From Candidatus Helarchaeota archaeon (lineage in GTDB: Archaea > Asgardarchaeota > Lokiarchaeia > Helarchaeales > RDOG01), in the NCBI GenBank assembly GCA_019058315.1, contig JAHPZH010000003.1:588451-652450 (forward strand): 64,000 nt of DNA. The letters run 5' to 3'. How positions within the stretch are numbered: the stretch's first letter is position 1; every line of letters starts with the position of its first letter. Shown here one piece after another: positions 1 to 9,976 of this stretch. The notes beneath the pieces were generated by a model, which saw nothing but the letters and a program-made list of their open reading frames with translations, was not told where the DNA came from and did no database searches. The position numbers were made by a program, and so were the translations under genes.

Positions 1-348
1 GGTTATGTGAAATGTATCGTCATGAACTTGAACTTTTGAAGCGTCCATTTTAGCAAACTGGACATTATGAATGCCTTCTTTTTTAGAAATTGATGCCGCT
101 GTTTCAATGGCGGAAAATTTTATATCTATTCCAAAAACCATTCCTGGATTAGCCCTTCTAGCTAGATCTCTAGTACTAATTCCAGGGCCGCACCCAAAAT
201 CCATAATATTCATTCCAGGTCGGATTTCGAGCATATCAAAATGGTTTTGAAAAATTTCATAATTCATCTCGTTAGTGAGCAACATCCGTTTAACTTCTAA
301 ATCACCTTCGAACTCTTGATAAAGAGATGTTAGTTTTGTAACAATCAT
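1..348 (-). CDS. Class I SAM-dependent methyltransferase (partial, runs off window start)
   Basis: Manual translation from ATG at 348: MIVTKLTS...IRPGMNIMDFGCGPG...VFGIDI (SAM motifs I/II). Not in ORF track because there is no stop in the window. Confidence 0.85.
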   Translation of the reverse strand, partial: MIVTKLTSLYQEFEGDLEVKRMLLTNEMNYEIFQNHFDMLEIRPGMNIMDFGCGPGISTRDLARRANPGMVFGIDIKFSAIETAASISKKEGIHNVQFAKMDASKVQVHDDTFHIT

Positions 349-351
349 ATT

Positions 352-1344
352 TTATGTCCCACCATTTAACTCCTTGGCAAATATTAAATGTTTTCTTAAC
401 AGCTTACCCTTGCGTAAACACATGTCTAACATCTGTTGATTTCCGTCCCAGATATAGGTTCCTTCATAAGCAGGAATGTGCTTTTGATCCAATAGATCCA
501 TGACCGCATTTTTCATCTTTGAAAAGATAAAACGACCTCTATATTCCTTTGAAACATCAGCTACATACCAATTTACATCTTGAATAGCATTTCCAGACCA
601 AATATCATAAATATTGGGGATTAAAACAGCTAGACCTATTATTTTATCGTCACAAATAGCAAAAAATAAATAATCCAAAGCATTTATTGACTGGAAAAAT
701 TGGGCGAAATTAATTACGAGATTTCTATCCAATTCAGTCATATCTGGCATGTTAGCCATGCAGCCATTATATAAAGTTGCGATTTCATCAGCTCGTTGAA
801 CTATTTCGTCAAATGTAAGATTGATTAAAGAAATTTCTGAATCTTCTTTATCCGTCCATCGGATAAATGGGGCATTCCACTTTATACAATAATATTGCGT
901 ATCATAATCATAACCACATTTTTGTAATCTTCTGCCTAACCAATATTCGTTTTCCGGTACTCCTATTAATTCAGGAACACCGAATCCATGTATTAATACT
1001 CCTTGACCACCGATCATTACTGGTTCATTACGGGGTCCTCTGATCAGACTAACTCCTTGAGATCCTAAGTATTCTTCAACTTCACCTAAGAGTAATTCGA
1101 AATGTTTTGTTCTATTTCCATAGATCCATCCAAAAGAACCCACCTTTCCCCCATAACTTTCATAATTCGGATCGGTAAAAGCCATGACACGGCCTAAATA
1201 ATCCCCATTTTCCTTTAAAGCAAATAATGCACCCTTTTTGTCATGGATATTTTCCAGAGCAGTTATAATCATATTTTCTAATTGAGGAAAAGAAAGGGGA
1301 TTTATTTCCAAAAAAGTCTGAGGATCGACTTCTATGACGTTCAT
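352..1344 (-). CDS. GNAT-family N-acetyltransferase-like protein (YghO-like)
   Basis: GRVMAF..VGSFGW, LIRGP and C-terminal VSKEYRGR acetyl-CoA-binding-like motif. Confidence 0.7.
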   Translation of the reverse strand: MNVIEVDPQTFLEINPLSFPQLENMIITALENIHDKKGALFALKENGDYLGRVMAFTDPNYESYGGKVGSFGWIYGNRTKHFELLLGEVEEYLGSQGVSLIRGPRNEPVMIGGQGVLIHGFGVPELIGVPENEYWLGRRLQKCGYDYDTQYYCIKWNAPFIRWTDKEDSEISLINLTFDEIVQRADEIATLYNGCMANMPDMTELDRNLVINFAQFFQSINALDYLFFAICDDKIIGLAVLIPNIYDIWSGNAIQDVNWYVADVSKEYRGRFIFSKMKNAVMDLLDQKHIPAYEGTYIWDGNQQMLDMCLRKGKLLRKHLIFAKELNGGT

Positions 1345-1350
1345 TCATAA

Positions 1351-2508
1351 TCAACTCATAAAATACCTTACTTGTCCATAATCCATTACTTCTGGAACAC
1401 CTTTTAGTCCTAAGTCATCTATGAAATGCTGTACCAAAGACCAAGATTTAGATGAGAATTCAACTCTCTTAGATATCATACCACCATTACCCCATCCTGG
1501 GATCCAGACCATCAATACGCGATCTTCATATCTTTCACCCACGGTGTCTAATATCGGAATGTAACCAGTTGGTTTGAAACCAGCTTGAAGAAAGATCTTT
1601 TGATGTGTTGGCTCATAAGCATTGATGTATCCCCCAAGATACTTGATATTCTTATCTTTCACTTTTTTTACGATTTTTAAAAGAAGAGCTCCAAAAATTT
1701 CTGGATTTTCACAATTATATTCTACTATCTCTGCACTTTCTGCTTTTGGAATAATTTCGATTTTGATATGATTTTGGCCACAACTTAAGGTTATGTAAAT
1801 ATAATATTCGTGAATATCCTCAAAAGTCCCTATTTTTATCCCATTTTTAGGAATTGGAATCTCATCAACTTCTGCAATGGTATATTCCTTGACTTGTCTA
1901 TACTGTTTTTGAACAGCTTTTAATACATTTACAATTTCCGGAAGAATGATTGGATTTTTTCTTCGTTTCTTGAAAGCATGAGAAAAAATCAAAGCTTCAT
2001 ATATTTCAGACTCTCTTGCACCTACGCCTGTATCAAGATCAGGTAAAAACCCGATCGGTTTAAAACCGTTTTTTTCCATGAGCCGCTGCATTTTAGCGTC
2101 ACCAGGAACCATTCTTGCTGTACCGTATAAAATCTTTACTCTGCCTTGTAATTCTTTCATTATTTGATGGAGCGTTGTCATTCCTATGCCGCTCATCGCA
2201 CCCCTACCTTGATAATTGGGATCGATAGCTGTGGCTAATGCATAGAGTGTACCTCTGTCAGGATCAAAATCTAAAACCCCACAACCAAATACTTTTTGTT
2301 CTTCATCTTCGAAGACTTTAAAAAATTTATTTGGATTATCAACCTGAGTTTTAATCCATTTGGGGTCGAGATATTCCTCTAATGGATAATTACCATCATA
2401 AATTCTATTATAAATTCTAACAATATGTTCAGCATCATCCTCCCTTAAATCTCTACATACGTATTTAGGGATGGATTTTACCTCCTTTGTTTTGGCTTCA
2501 GATGCCAT
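1351..2508 (-). CDS. GNAT-family acetyltransferase (tandem GNAT folds)
   Basis: IDPNYQGRG motif A, GFKPIGFLP and GFKPTGYIP. ATG at 2508 preferred because GGAGG lies just upstream. Confidence 0.75.
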   Translation of the reverse strand: MASEAKTKEVKSIPKYVCRDLREDDAEHIVRIYNRIYDGNYPLEEYLDPKWIKTQVDNPNKFFKVFEDEEQKVFGCGVLDFDPDRGTLYALATAIDPNYQGRGAMSGIGMTTLHQIMKELQGRVKILYGTARMVPGDAKMQRLMEKNGFKPIGFLPDLDTGVGARESEIYEALIFSHAFKKRRKNPIILPEIVNVLKAVQKQYRQVKEYTIAEVDEIPIPKNGIKIGTFEDIHEYYIYITLSCGQNHIKIEIIPKAESAEIVEYNCENPEIFGALLLKIVKKVKDKNIKYLGGYINAYEPTHQKIFLQAGFKPTGYIPILDTVGERYEDRVLMVWIPGWGNGGMISKRVEFSSKSWSLVQHFIDDLGLKGVPEVMDYGQVRYFMS

Positions 2509-2798
2509 TAAAATCGCCTCCTTTTTCCAAGACCACATTTAGCGAAGTTTTATCCAAGGGGCTACTTGATAAGTTTGGCTTTTTTGTGCGGTATTTTTTA
2601 ATAGTAGCCAATTCCTTTTCTGAATTTAACGTGGGGTATGAGCCCCTATGGGTTAGGGGCTCAAATTGTTCTTGTTCGCGATTTCTCACGTTAAGTTTCA
2701 TATTCGCATATGTCCTGGTTTTTTGTGTGTGTTGCACTGAATTTAATCAATGACTAGGACATTATAAGGCGAAAAAATCTATATAAAAGAAAAAAATT

Positions 2799-2957
2799 GA
2801 AAAAAAATTGGAAAAAAACACGATCATATTTTCACAAATGTTTCAAAATGTCCAAAAAATTGACAAGCCCTAGTTAAAATTCGAGACCGCGATTTAATAT
2901 GGCTTTTTTTTACTTTGAAAAAAGATTGGAGTTTTTTGTCGTTTTTTTTTCACATAT
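2799..2957 (-). promoter_or_regulatory. Two copies of bipartite motif TGTGAA-N18-TCCAAT
   Basis: On + strand ATTGGA(2807-2812)-N18-TTCACA(2831-2836) and ATTGGA(2925-2930)-N18-TTCACA(2949-2954); third copy at 4394-4423. Confidence 0.6.
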
Positions 2958-3139
2958 TTCAAATTTTCGCAAATCAAGGAGATGAATTGGAATATAAAAT
3001 AAAATGATTTTTAAAAGAGCAGTTATTGAATTTAAGGAAATAAATGGATTAAGTTATATTTATGAATAAAATTAGAAATTATAATAATTTTTTTTTAATA
3101 ATTTTACCAGTTAATATTCATACTATTGATTTTTTGCCC

Positions 3140-4159
3140 TTATTTTATAGTTTGGACGGTAAGATCGTCCCATATCCAGTCCCCTTTTGTTGGATCATAT
3201 ACTTGATTAAGATTAAAACTATCAGAGATTTCACCAACAAGGGCCAGGATTGTATCAACTTCTAGAAAATTATCGCTTATATGATGGAAGAAAGGTATGT
3301 GAGGAGTTGGAGGTGTGAATAAACATAAAAGACCACTCCAACCACTATATGTAGGTTCGGGATAATATTTCTCGATTTGAAAGGGGTGACAATATAAAAA
3401 TAGTTCCATAAATGAATTAATCAATGTGAGGGCTCCAACTTTTTCAGGGATTTTTTCAGCAATATATAAAAATTTCCTTATAGAATTAATTGATAATATT
3501 CTCCTATATAGTATATCCTCCATTTTCTCTATTGCTGCATCATAATCTCTTCTTTGAGTTATGCCTAACTTTTTAATTATTTCCTTCCTTGAAACTCCTT
3601 GGAATTGATATTGTAATATTTGAAGCATGTTAAAATCGAAGTCTATAGATGAATGGTCTGGTATAGCGAGTTCTGGGAATTTCTCTTCCATAAGTAATGC
3701 TGTCCAACGGAACAATCTTTCTTCATGGGAAATTTCTGTCTTAAAATTCTTGAAGCTGTAACGTGGATGAGCTAATTCTTTAGCCTTATAAATCGTCACA
3801 TTCGGATTCATTTGAATAATTTTATCAATAAATTTGCTTTCAAATTTTAGCGGTATAACAAATTGAGATAAATCTTGTGTCGAAATTATGTAATATGGAG
3901 CAGTCTGAACTAGATATGGCGATTGATAACGATCTTTACCTAATACAAAAAAACGTGTTAATCCTAGTTTCTCATAAACAATATTTATTTCATTACTTAT
4001 TTTGTACTTTTTAAACAAAGTTTTCCTTTTATAATAATATAATTCCCGACTCCCATATCTTTTATGTAACTTCTCTGCTGGTGTATTATTTTGTAGAAAT
4101 TGTATTAATTCTTTTTCTTCTTCGCTTACATCTTCTGGAAATAGCCCATGAGTCTCCAT
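3140..4159 (-). CDS. Putative HTH (Lrp-like wHTH) transcriptional regulator
   Basis: DFNMLQILQ..GVSRKEIIKKLGIT..DAAIEKME resembles a wHTH. Confidence 0.45.
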   Translation of the reverse strand: METHGLFPEDVSEEEKELIQFLQNNTPAEKLHKRYGSRELYYYKRKTLFKKYKISNEINIVYEKLGLTRFFVLGKDRYQSPYLVQTAPYYIISTQDLSQFVIPLKFESKFIDKIIQMNPNVTIYKAKELAHPRYSFKNFKTEISHEERLFRWTALLMEEKFPELAIPDHSSIDFDFNMLQILQYQFQGVSRKEIIKKLGITQRRDYDAAIEKMEDILYRRILSINSIRKFLYIAEKIPEKVGALTLINSFMELFLYCHPFQIEKYYPEPTYSGWSGLLCLFTPPTPHIPFFHHISDNFLEVDTILALVGEISDSFNLNQVYDPTKGDWIWDDLTVQTIK

Positions 4160-4389
4160 CTTATATTCCGCTATTTATCAATTTTTAAAATATTATTATT
4201 ATAATTATGATCTAGAAATAAATTAGATGATACTCGTTTAAATAAATATTGATGAATTTTGCGTATTTTGTGTGATTCTATTTAGAAAAACAGAAATTTC
4301 ATAAAATTCTCTCTAATTTATACAGAAATTGGTTGTTAATTTTTTTAATTTAATTTATACCAAAAAATAGTCTATCTCTTCGATCATTG

Positions 4390-4431
4390 CATTTGTGAAA
4401 AAAATACAAAAAAAAAATCCAATTTTTTTCA
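4390..4431 (+). promoter_or_regulatory. Bipartite motif TGTGAA-N18-TCCAAT upstream of the TFE-like operon
   Basis: TGTGAA 4394-4399, TCCAAT 4418-4423; same spacing and gene-relative orientation as the copies at 2.8-2.95 kb. Confidence 0.6.
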
Positions 4432-4615
4432 GAAATCGAAGAGTTTGTAATACTGGCGCTATTAAAATCAAGGGAGTTTTAGGGAATTTTTTTCTGTCTT
4501 AGTTAAATAGAGAGAGTTTTGGGATCATAAACAATTCTTTATATATCAATGAAAAACCATTGAATATTTTGATGGCTTTTAACAAATTGTGCGGTGTAGG
4601 AAAAAATGATATTTA

Positions 4616-5938
4616 ATGAAAAAGAAGATAAATCGCATAATTATAAAGAATTTGAACAAGGTTAATGCCAGATATCTTACACCAGATAATAAATGGAATT
4701 TGATAGTTCCCCATCGAAACTTAAAAATCGATAATGATTTTGTAAAAATTAAATTTTCTAAAAAGATGGGTGTAGAATCAATAAACCTTTCTTATCCTTT
4801 TAAGATTAACAAACTTACAGCATATATTTTCGGATTAGTCTTAGGTTCTGCCGTAAAAAGAAAAGACCGGCTAACATTGAACGTGGATCCGCGACAAGTC
4901 CCCAAGCTTCTGAATTTCTGCAGACAGCTTAAAGTTGCCCCAGAATATAAGATAATTAAGAAAAGGTACAAGAACAGGTATAAAAATTTCTATAACAGAA
5001 TTTTTCAAAATGCTGTAGTCCATTTACCTTCACCAGTATACCAATATTTGAAAGCTCTAGGGCTTAATCTATATCAGCCTAAAATACCTTCTTATTTTAC
5101 CCCTAAATTTGACCACTATGTTATTTCGGGGTACCTGAATTCAAAAAAGGCATCTTTAATTCATCATTCAACAACTCCACTTCGCCAATTGATCCTAGTA
5201 AATGCAAAATCAAAACCTTATAAAAGAGATTTTGCCAAATCATTCATGCAACAAATATATCAGGATTTAAAATTCCATTCAATAAAAGCAAATATTAGAA
5301 ATTATAAATATCATTCAATAATAAAGATAAAAAGTCGTTCTATAACACATCTAATAAAGAAATATCATATTAGACGGCCCCAGATCCGTTACAGTGGAAA
5401 ATTCCTCGGTCTATTACATAAATACCCCCATCTCAAGACGACCATAAATCTATATGGACTTACTTCATTTCAACTTTCTGTATTAGAAATTGCGTTTTAT
5501 CACTTTTTTAATCGAAAAAATCGTGAAGTTGAATATACTAGGTTCGAAGAGATGTTTTCATGCAGTTCTAATAGAATTAGAAAATGTCTATATGAATTTC
5601 AAGCAATGGGATTACTACAATATTTTGCAAAGGGTAGAAAAGAATTTGTAAAACCTACTTTTCTATGTTTCAAGTATGCAGAAGACGTTATGAGGGAGAA
5701 ATTAACATCTTTAAAGGATGCTGTCGGTAAGGGAGAGGCATATATTTTTGTCTGTAAAGTTTGTGGAAAAGGTATAGATTACCTATCAGCTATGGAAGGA
5801 GGATCTTTCAGTTGTCCAAATTGTAGGTCAGAGCGACTGGAACAATATTCCGGGGAGAAAATAAAACGAAGCTTGAGTGCATATCACGGACAACTTTCAC
5901 AATTTAGAAATTCGTATGAGGTGATGTGTCGTGCTTAA
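4616..5938 (+). CDS. Degenerate LAGLIDADG-like domain fused to TFE/TFIIE-alpha-like wHTH plus Zn ribbon
   Basis: TAYIFGLVLGS and YVISGYLNS helices; SNRIRKCLYEF wHTH; FVCKVC..YLSAME..FSCPNC..L Zn ribbon as in TFE. Confidence 0.6.
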   Translation: MKKKINRIIIKNLNKVNARYLTPDNKWNLIVPHRNLKIDNDFVKIKFSKKMGVESINLSYPFKINKLTAYIFGLVLGSAVKRKDRLTLNVDPRQVPKLLNFCRQLKVAPEYKIIKKRYKNRYKNFYNRIFQNAVVHLPSPVYQYLKALGLNLYQPKIPSYFTPKFDHYVISGYLNSKKASLIHHSTTPLRQLILVNAKSKPYKRDFAKSFMQQIYQDLKFHSIKANIRNYKYHSIIKIKSRSITHLIKKYHIRRPQIRYSGKFLGLLHKYPHLKTTINLYGLTSFQLSVLEIAFYHFFNRKNREVEYTRFEEMFSCSSNRIRKCLYEFQAMGLLQYFAKGRKEFVKPTFLCFKYAEDVMREKLTSLKDAVGKGEAYIFVCKVCGKGIDYLSAMEGGSFSCPNCRSERLEQYSGEKIKRSLSAYHGQLSQFRNSYEVMCRA

Positions 5939-6410
5939 TATTTTTCAATTAAATAGTATCAAGATTGCTCGATTGAAGAAAGTGAGGAATCTGCTTAACA
6001 GCTCAGAAATTGACAAATTCAAAGATTCCTTTTCAGATCTATTTGGCAAAATTAAATCTGGAAATTATAACGGAAATAAATATTTCATTACAGAGGATGG
6101 AATCGTTTTTGGTTATTATTCAATGGCTCTTGCAGTTCTACAGAATTTCGGAGCACGAAGTGAAATTGTTCTTAAAGATAATCTTTGGCGGATAAAATCA
6201 AATGGAAAATGGTATCTCTTAAGTCAATATTTTGGTTTTTTATCAGAAGATTTATTGAATAAATCCAAAAAAATTCTTCGCCCTGAACGAAAACTGTATC
6301 TTCGATGGCCGTTCGAACAGGAAAAAGACTACATTGTAGTAACGAACGGAAAATATGCAATTATGATTCCACCCGCAAAAATTAACATTATAAGGGATAT
6401 GATTTTGTGA
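5931..6410 (+). CDS. Hypothetical protein
   Basis: GTG start, GAGGTG RBS, overlaps upstream stop. Confidence 0.6.
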   Translation: MLNIFQLNSIKIARLKKVRNLLNSSEIDKFKDSFSDLFGKIKSGNYNGNKYFITEDGIVFGYYSMALAVLQNFGARSEIVLKDNLWRIKSNGKWYLLSQYFGFLSEDLLNKSKKILRPERKLYLRWPFEQEKDYIVVTNGKYAIMIPPAKINIIRDMIL

Positions 6411-6628
6411 GCGATCCTTGTGAATGTAGTGTAGATGGTGTATGTGAATTCGTAATCAAAGATAATGTTAAATATTGTATTCTTTGTGGAAGAGTGGAGG
6501 AGATTATTCCACCGATGTGTGAGATTGTTGGGGAATGTCAATGGATTAATTTTGATAGTGTTGTGCTTTGTGCTCAATGTGGAAGAATAAAACCAAAAAG
6601 TGAAGGGGAAGTAAATGATCCAAAGTGA
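6407..6628 (+). CDS. Small Cys-rich protein with two repeated Zn-finger units
   Basis: CE..x.G.C..CxLCGR unit occurs twice. Confidence 0.65.
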   Translation: MSDPCECSVDGVCEFVIKDNVKYCILCGRVEEIIPPMCEIVGECQWINFDSVVLCAQCGRIKPKSEGEVNDPK

Positions 6629-6818
6629 GCAAAAGATAAAATATAAATCCAATTCTATTACAGAAGAAGTTTTAGTAAAAGGATTTGAGGGAATTCGGTC
6701 GCTTTTATCTGATTGTTTTTCCTTAAATGACACGTTAGGCGATAGTCTCAGTATTCAAGTTTTACATAGTGTCTATAGAATGATAACTAATACGAAAAAA
6801 GAAAGAATCATTAATTGA
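6615..6818 (+). CDS. Hypothetical protein
   Basis: GGGGA RBS; overlaps previous gene. Confidence 0.5.
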   Translation: MIQSEQKIKYKSNSITEEVLVKGFEGIRSLLSDCFSLNDTLGDSLSIQVLHSVYRMITNTKKERIIN

Positions 6819-6833
6819 TTTAGAGGGGAATGC

Positions 6834-7763
6834 ATGGAACAAACAAATTATATCATTTGTACTCATAACGATTTGGACGGTTTTTGCTGCGGTGCGATTT
6901 TATTGAGGCACTATCCTGAAGCAAAAGTCTTTTTCGCTACTCCTAATTCCCTATTCAAAACATTTTACCGAATTAAACATGCCTTGGTTGAAGAAATAAA
7001 GAACCATATGTTCATTTGTGATATAACATTAAATGGAAATACTGTTAATAGAATAAATCAAGCACTCCGCTATATCAGGAATGATTTTCATTTCGATTTT
7101 ACTTGGATAGACCATCATGATTGGCCTTTTGAAGAAAAATCATTGGGAAATTATGAAAAAATTTTAGACCTCACTCAAAAATCCGCCGCTTATTTGGTCC
7201 AGAAATATACAGATCCGGATAAAAATATTGATTTCGTGAACATGGCTGAAGGGATTGGGTCGATTAAAGATTATAAATATTGGAAAGTTGTAATAAGAAA
7301 TGTCTGCAAGACTTCTTTTGTTGATGAAAAGTTAGAACCAGTTTTACGTGCTTTTAGTAGGTTGGAACGAACTCCCGAAAGTGATGAGTTTTACCAAGAA
7401 ATAAAAGAACTTATTAGCGAAGATTTAAAGAAAATGGAAGTATTCAATACCAGAGAAGGGCGTAAATTTTCAGTATTGGATTTAAGGAAGATCCCTTACA
7501 AAGTGCAACTGTATAAAGAGGTCTTTAAGTTATCAACGTTTTATAATTGTGATTTTATTTGTGTGATATTTAAAAACGAAGAATTGTCCTGCTACAACAC
7601 AGATACTGTTTCCTTCAAATTTTTAAAAGATTTTGGGGCTGTGGGGCATTTAGAAAGAGGGGCAGTGCATATTCCAATTCCTTATGAAAAATCTGACACA
7701 TTCGGATTTCAAAGACCCTTGACAATTAAAGAATTCATTGAGGTCTTAAAGAAAAATTTATAG
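6834..7763 (+). CDS. DHH-family phosphoesterase (NrnA/RecJ superfamily)
   Basis: THNDLDG, ICDI, WIDHH, SAA and C-terminal AVGH motifs. Confidence 0.85.
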   Translation: MEQTNYIICTHNDLDGFCCGAILLRHYPEAKVFFATPNSLFKTFYRIKHALVEEIKNHMFICDITLNGNTVNRINQALRYIRNDFHFDFTWIDHHDWPFEEKSLGNYEKILDLTQKSAAYLVQKYTDPDKNIDFVNMAEGIGSIKDYKYWKVVIRNVCKTSFVDEKLEPVLRAFSRLERTPESDEFYQEIKELISEDLKKMEVFNTREGRKFSVLDLRKIPYKVQLYKEVFKLSTFYNCDFICVIFKNEELSCYNTDTVSFKFLKDFGAVGHLERGAVHIPIPYEKSDTFGFQRPLTIKEFIEVLKKNL

Positions 7764-7773
7764 GAGAATGAAA

Positions 7774-7944
7774 ATGGCATCGGATAACACGTTTATGAAG
7801 TTTCAATTCATGGTTAAAATACTTTGTGAAGATAGAGATCCATTAGAAGAGCTTAGAGAGGAAATTAAATCAATCTTGAATAGGTATAAATCTAAATATA
7901 AAGGTCGTTTAAAATCAGGGAATTTATCAGTGAGGAGAAAATAA
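7774..7944 (+). CDS. Small hypothetical protein (56 aa)
   Basis: AGGAG RBS; MASDNTFMKFQF...VRRK; below ORF-track cutoff. Confidence 0.55.
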   Translation: MASDNTFMKFQFMVKILCEDRDPLEELREEIKSILNRYKSKYKGRLKSGNLSVRRK

Positions 7945-8078
7945 TGGTTGTAAAAAATAAAGAACATGATAGAGATCAAAAAATGGGGATTATTGAACGA
8001 ATAGCTTGTGATTTAGAAAATTTTTCGGCTAAAGTAGCTGATGAGATTATTCATCGATTGACTAAAAAGATTGACTAA
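7944..8078 (+). CDS. Small hypothetical protein (44 aa)
   Basis: GAGGAG RBS; TAATG stop/start overlap. Confidence 0.5.
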   Translation: MVVKNKEHDRDQKMGIIERIACDLENFSAKVADEIIHRLTKKID

Positions 8079-8113
8079 TATTAATTTAAGGGCTGTTCGT
8101 TCTATATCTATAT

Positions 8114-8872
8114 TTATAAATCCATTGGATATTTTTTATTATTAAACAGATTCAAATCAATGAGTCGATATCGTTTTTCATCTTTACGATTTAAGTCGTT
8201 CAAATATAAATTTAGAATTTGTAAATTTATGAAATGCCCCACACCTTCAATTTTTCTTATTAAATTTCCTTCCAAATGGAGCTCCCTTAGATTAGGAATA
8301 TTTTCTAGCCCCTCAATTTTCTTGATTTGGTTATCATCGAGGTTCAATATCTTTAATTGAGATAATTTATCTAGACCTTCAATTTTATCTATTTGATTGC
8401 CCCTTAGGTTTAATTCATGTAGACTAGATAGAACCTCAAGCCCCTCAATCTTCTTAATTTTATTTACTTCCAAATTTAAAACTCGCAATTTGGTCAGATG
8501 CTCCAATCCTTCCAATTTTTCAATTTTATTCCAAGAGAGATTTAACCGTCTTAACTGTTTTAAACCTTCCAGACCTTGAATTTTTTGAATTTTATTATGT
8601 TGTAGATATAAATCTGTCAATTTTGGAAGGTTTTCTAATCCATATATCTCTTTAATATTATTAAAGCTAAGTTTTAACTCCCTCAAATCGTAGAGGTGCT
8701 GCAAACATTCCATTTTTTTTATGTTATTATATCGTACATTCAATAATTGTAATTGGTGTAAATTTTCAAAATATTCCAGCTTTGAAATATAATTATGATC
8801 AATATAGAGGGACCTTAAATGAGCAAAATTGTCCAAAATATCGGGAATTTTTCTTAAGCCTTTCTCGGACAA
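8114..8872 (-). CDS. Leucine-rich repeat protein (SDS22-like)
   Basis: About 9 tandem 22-aa LxxLxLxxNxIxKIEGLE repeats. Frame is open to ~8998, so the true start may be upstream. Confidence 0.92.
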   Translation of the reverse strand: MSEKGLRKIPDILDNFAHLRSLYIDHNYISKLEYFENLHQLQLLNVRYNNIKKMECLQHLYDLRELKLSFNNIKEIYGLENLPKLTDLYLQHNKIQKIQGLEGLKQLRRLNLSWNKIEKLEGLEHLTKLRVLNLEVNKIKKIEGLEVLSSLHELNLRGNQIDKIEGLDKLSQLKILNLDDNQIKKIEGLENIPNLRELHLEGNLIRKIEGVGHFINLQILNLYLNDLNRKDEKRYRLIDLNLFNNKKYPMDL

Positions 8873-8998
8873 AGAAATCTCTATAATATATCTTTTATTA
8901 AATTTAACATCCCATTTACTAATCTTTACTTTCTTCTTTAGTTCAGAAAGAGCTTTTTTTTCCGAGAGATATTTTGTTACGATTATATGAAAAGCCCC

Positions 8999-9976
8999 CT
9001 ATCTGAAGTAATTGTCCATGGTTTGTTGCCTCATCTTAAAGTAGTCAAATGCTTTTTTCAAACGTTCAAGCCCTCTTTCAATGCGTTTTTGAGAAAATTT
9101 TCCATTCAAAAATCCTTTTAATATATGAAAATTTGGATAACGGAAATGGGGACCGAAATTAAATGATGGTGGATTTAGAAATTTTGACCGTAAAATAGTA
9201 AAATCAAATTCTAGTGGTATAAATTCTTCATTTATAGTTTCTAAATCATTGTATTTCTTTATTAATTTCAACGCTTTCTTTGGACCTATGCCTTTCACAC
9301 CTCCTTTATTTAAATCTGTTCCTATTAATAATGCTATATCAACTAATTGTTTATATGTAATCCCAAGATGAGTCAAATTATCCTTTAGTTTTATCAAAGT
9401 TAATGTATCATTTTCAAAATCCAGGTCTTTTATCATATTTTTAGATCCAAATAATAAGACATCATAATCATAAGAAACCACTCCAAAGGCATATTTTTCC
9501 CTCACAATGCGGCATGCTTGTGCTTCACCTTCGGAAGGGGCTCTTACAGCGGGTAATCCCATGAATTTTAAAAATTCAATACATTCAACAATTGCCTTAT
9601 CAAATAGAAAAGCATAATCGTTCAATGCTCTGGAATTATAATTACCATCTTGGATGCTATCGTGGTATTTTTTCCAAAGATATAACAATTTCATATTATG
9701 ATACGTGGGAACCTTCCTTTTTTCCTCCATAGGCATCCCATCGAATACATAGATTGGACGTAATTTTCGTTCCATTAAGTTTATTGTAAAGTAAAAAATT
9801 CCTATCAAGTGAGATATGGGTTCTTTTTGATTTTTTCTTAAATTTTTATCAATATGGGATATTTTAGAAATATATCGCACTAAAAAATTAGTCCCATCAA
9901 CAGCTACAGTCTTTCCTCTAATATCTTCAAATTCAACACTTTCTGTTTTTAAGATCGGTGTTAATTTACATCCCAT
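8999..9976 (-). CDS. fen: Flap endonuclease 1 (FEN1/XPG family), divergent
   Basis: AVDG, YVFDG, PSEGEAQ, SYDYDVLLFG, GTD..GIGPKKAL; C-terminal PIP box QQTMDNYF. Confidence 0.92.
   Translation of the reverse strand: MGCKLTPILKTESVEFEDIRGKTVAVDGTNFLVRYISKISHIDKNLRKNQKEPISHLIGIFYFTINLMERKLRPIYVFDGMPMEEKRKVPTYHNMKLLYLWKKYHDSIQDGNYNSRALNDYAFLFDKAIVECIEFLKFMGLPAVRAPSEGEAQACRIVREKYAFGVVSYDYDVLLFGSKNMIKDLDFENDTLTLIKLKDNLTHLGITYKQLVDIALLIGTDLNKGGVKGIGPKKALKLIKKYNDLETINEEFIPLEFDFTILRSKFLNPPSFNFGPHFRYPNFHILKGFLNGKFSQKRIERGLERLKKAFDYFKMRQQTMDNYFR

Noticed and set aside
4616-5400. Active intein or homing endonuclease
   Set aside because: No Hint splicing motifs, and the catalytic Asp residues are absent.
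8873-9001. LRR ORF is in frame with fen across a single TAG (possible readthrough or pyrrolysine)
   Set aside because: FEN1 ends in a normal terminal PIP box, and a GGGGG RBS-like run follows. A non-ATG start for the LRR gene is simpler, and no pyl genes are seen.
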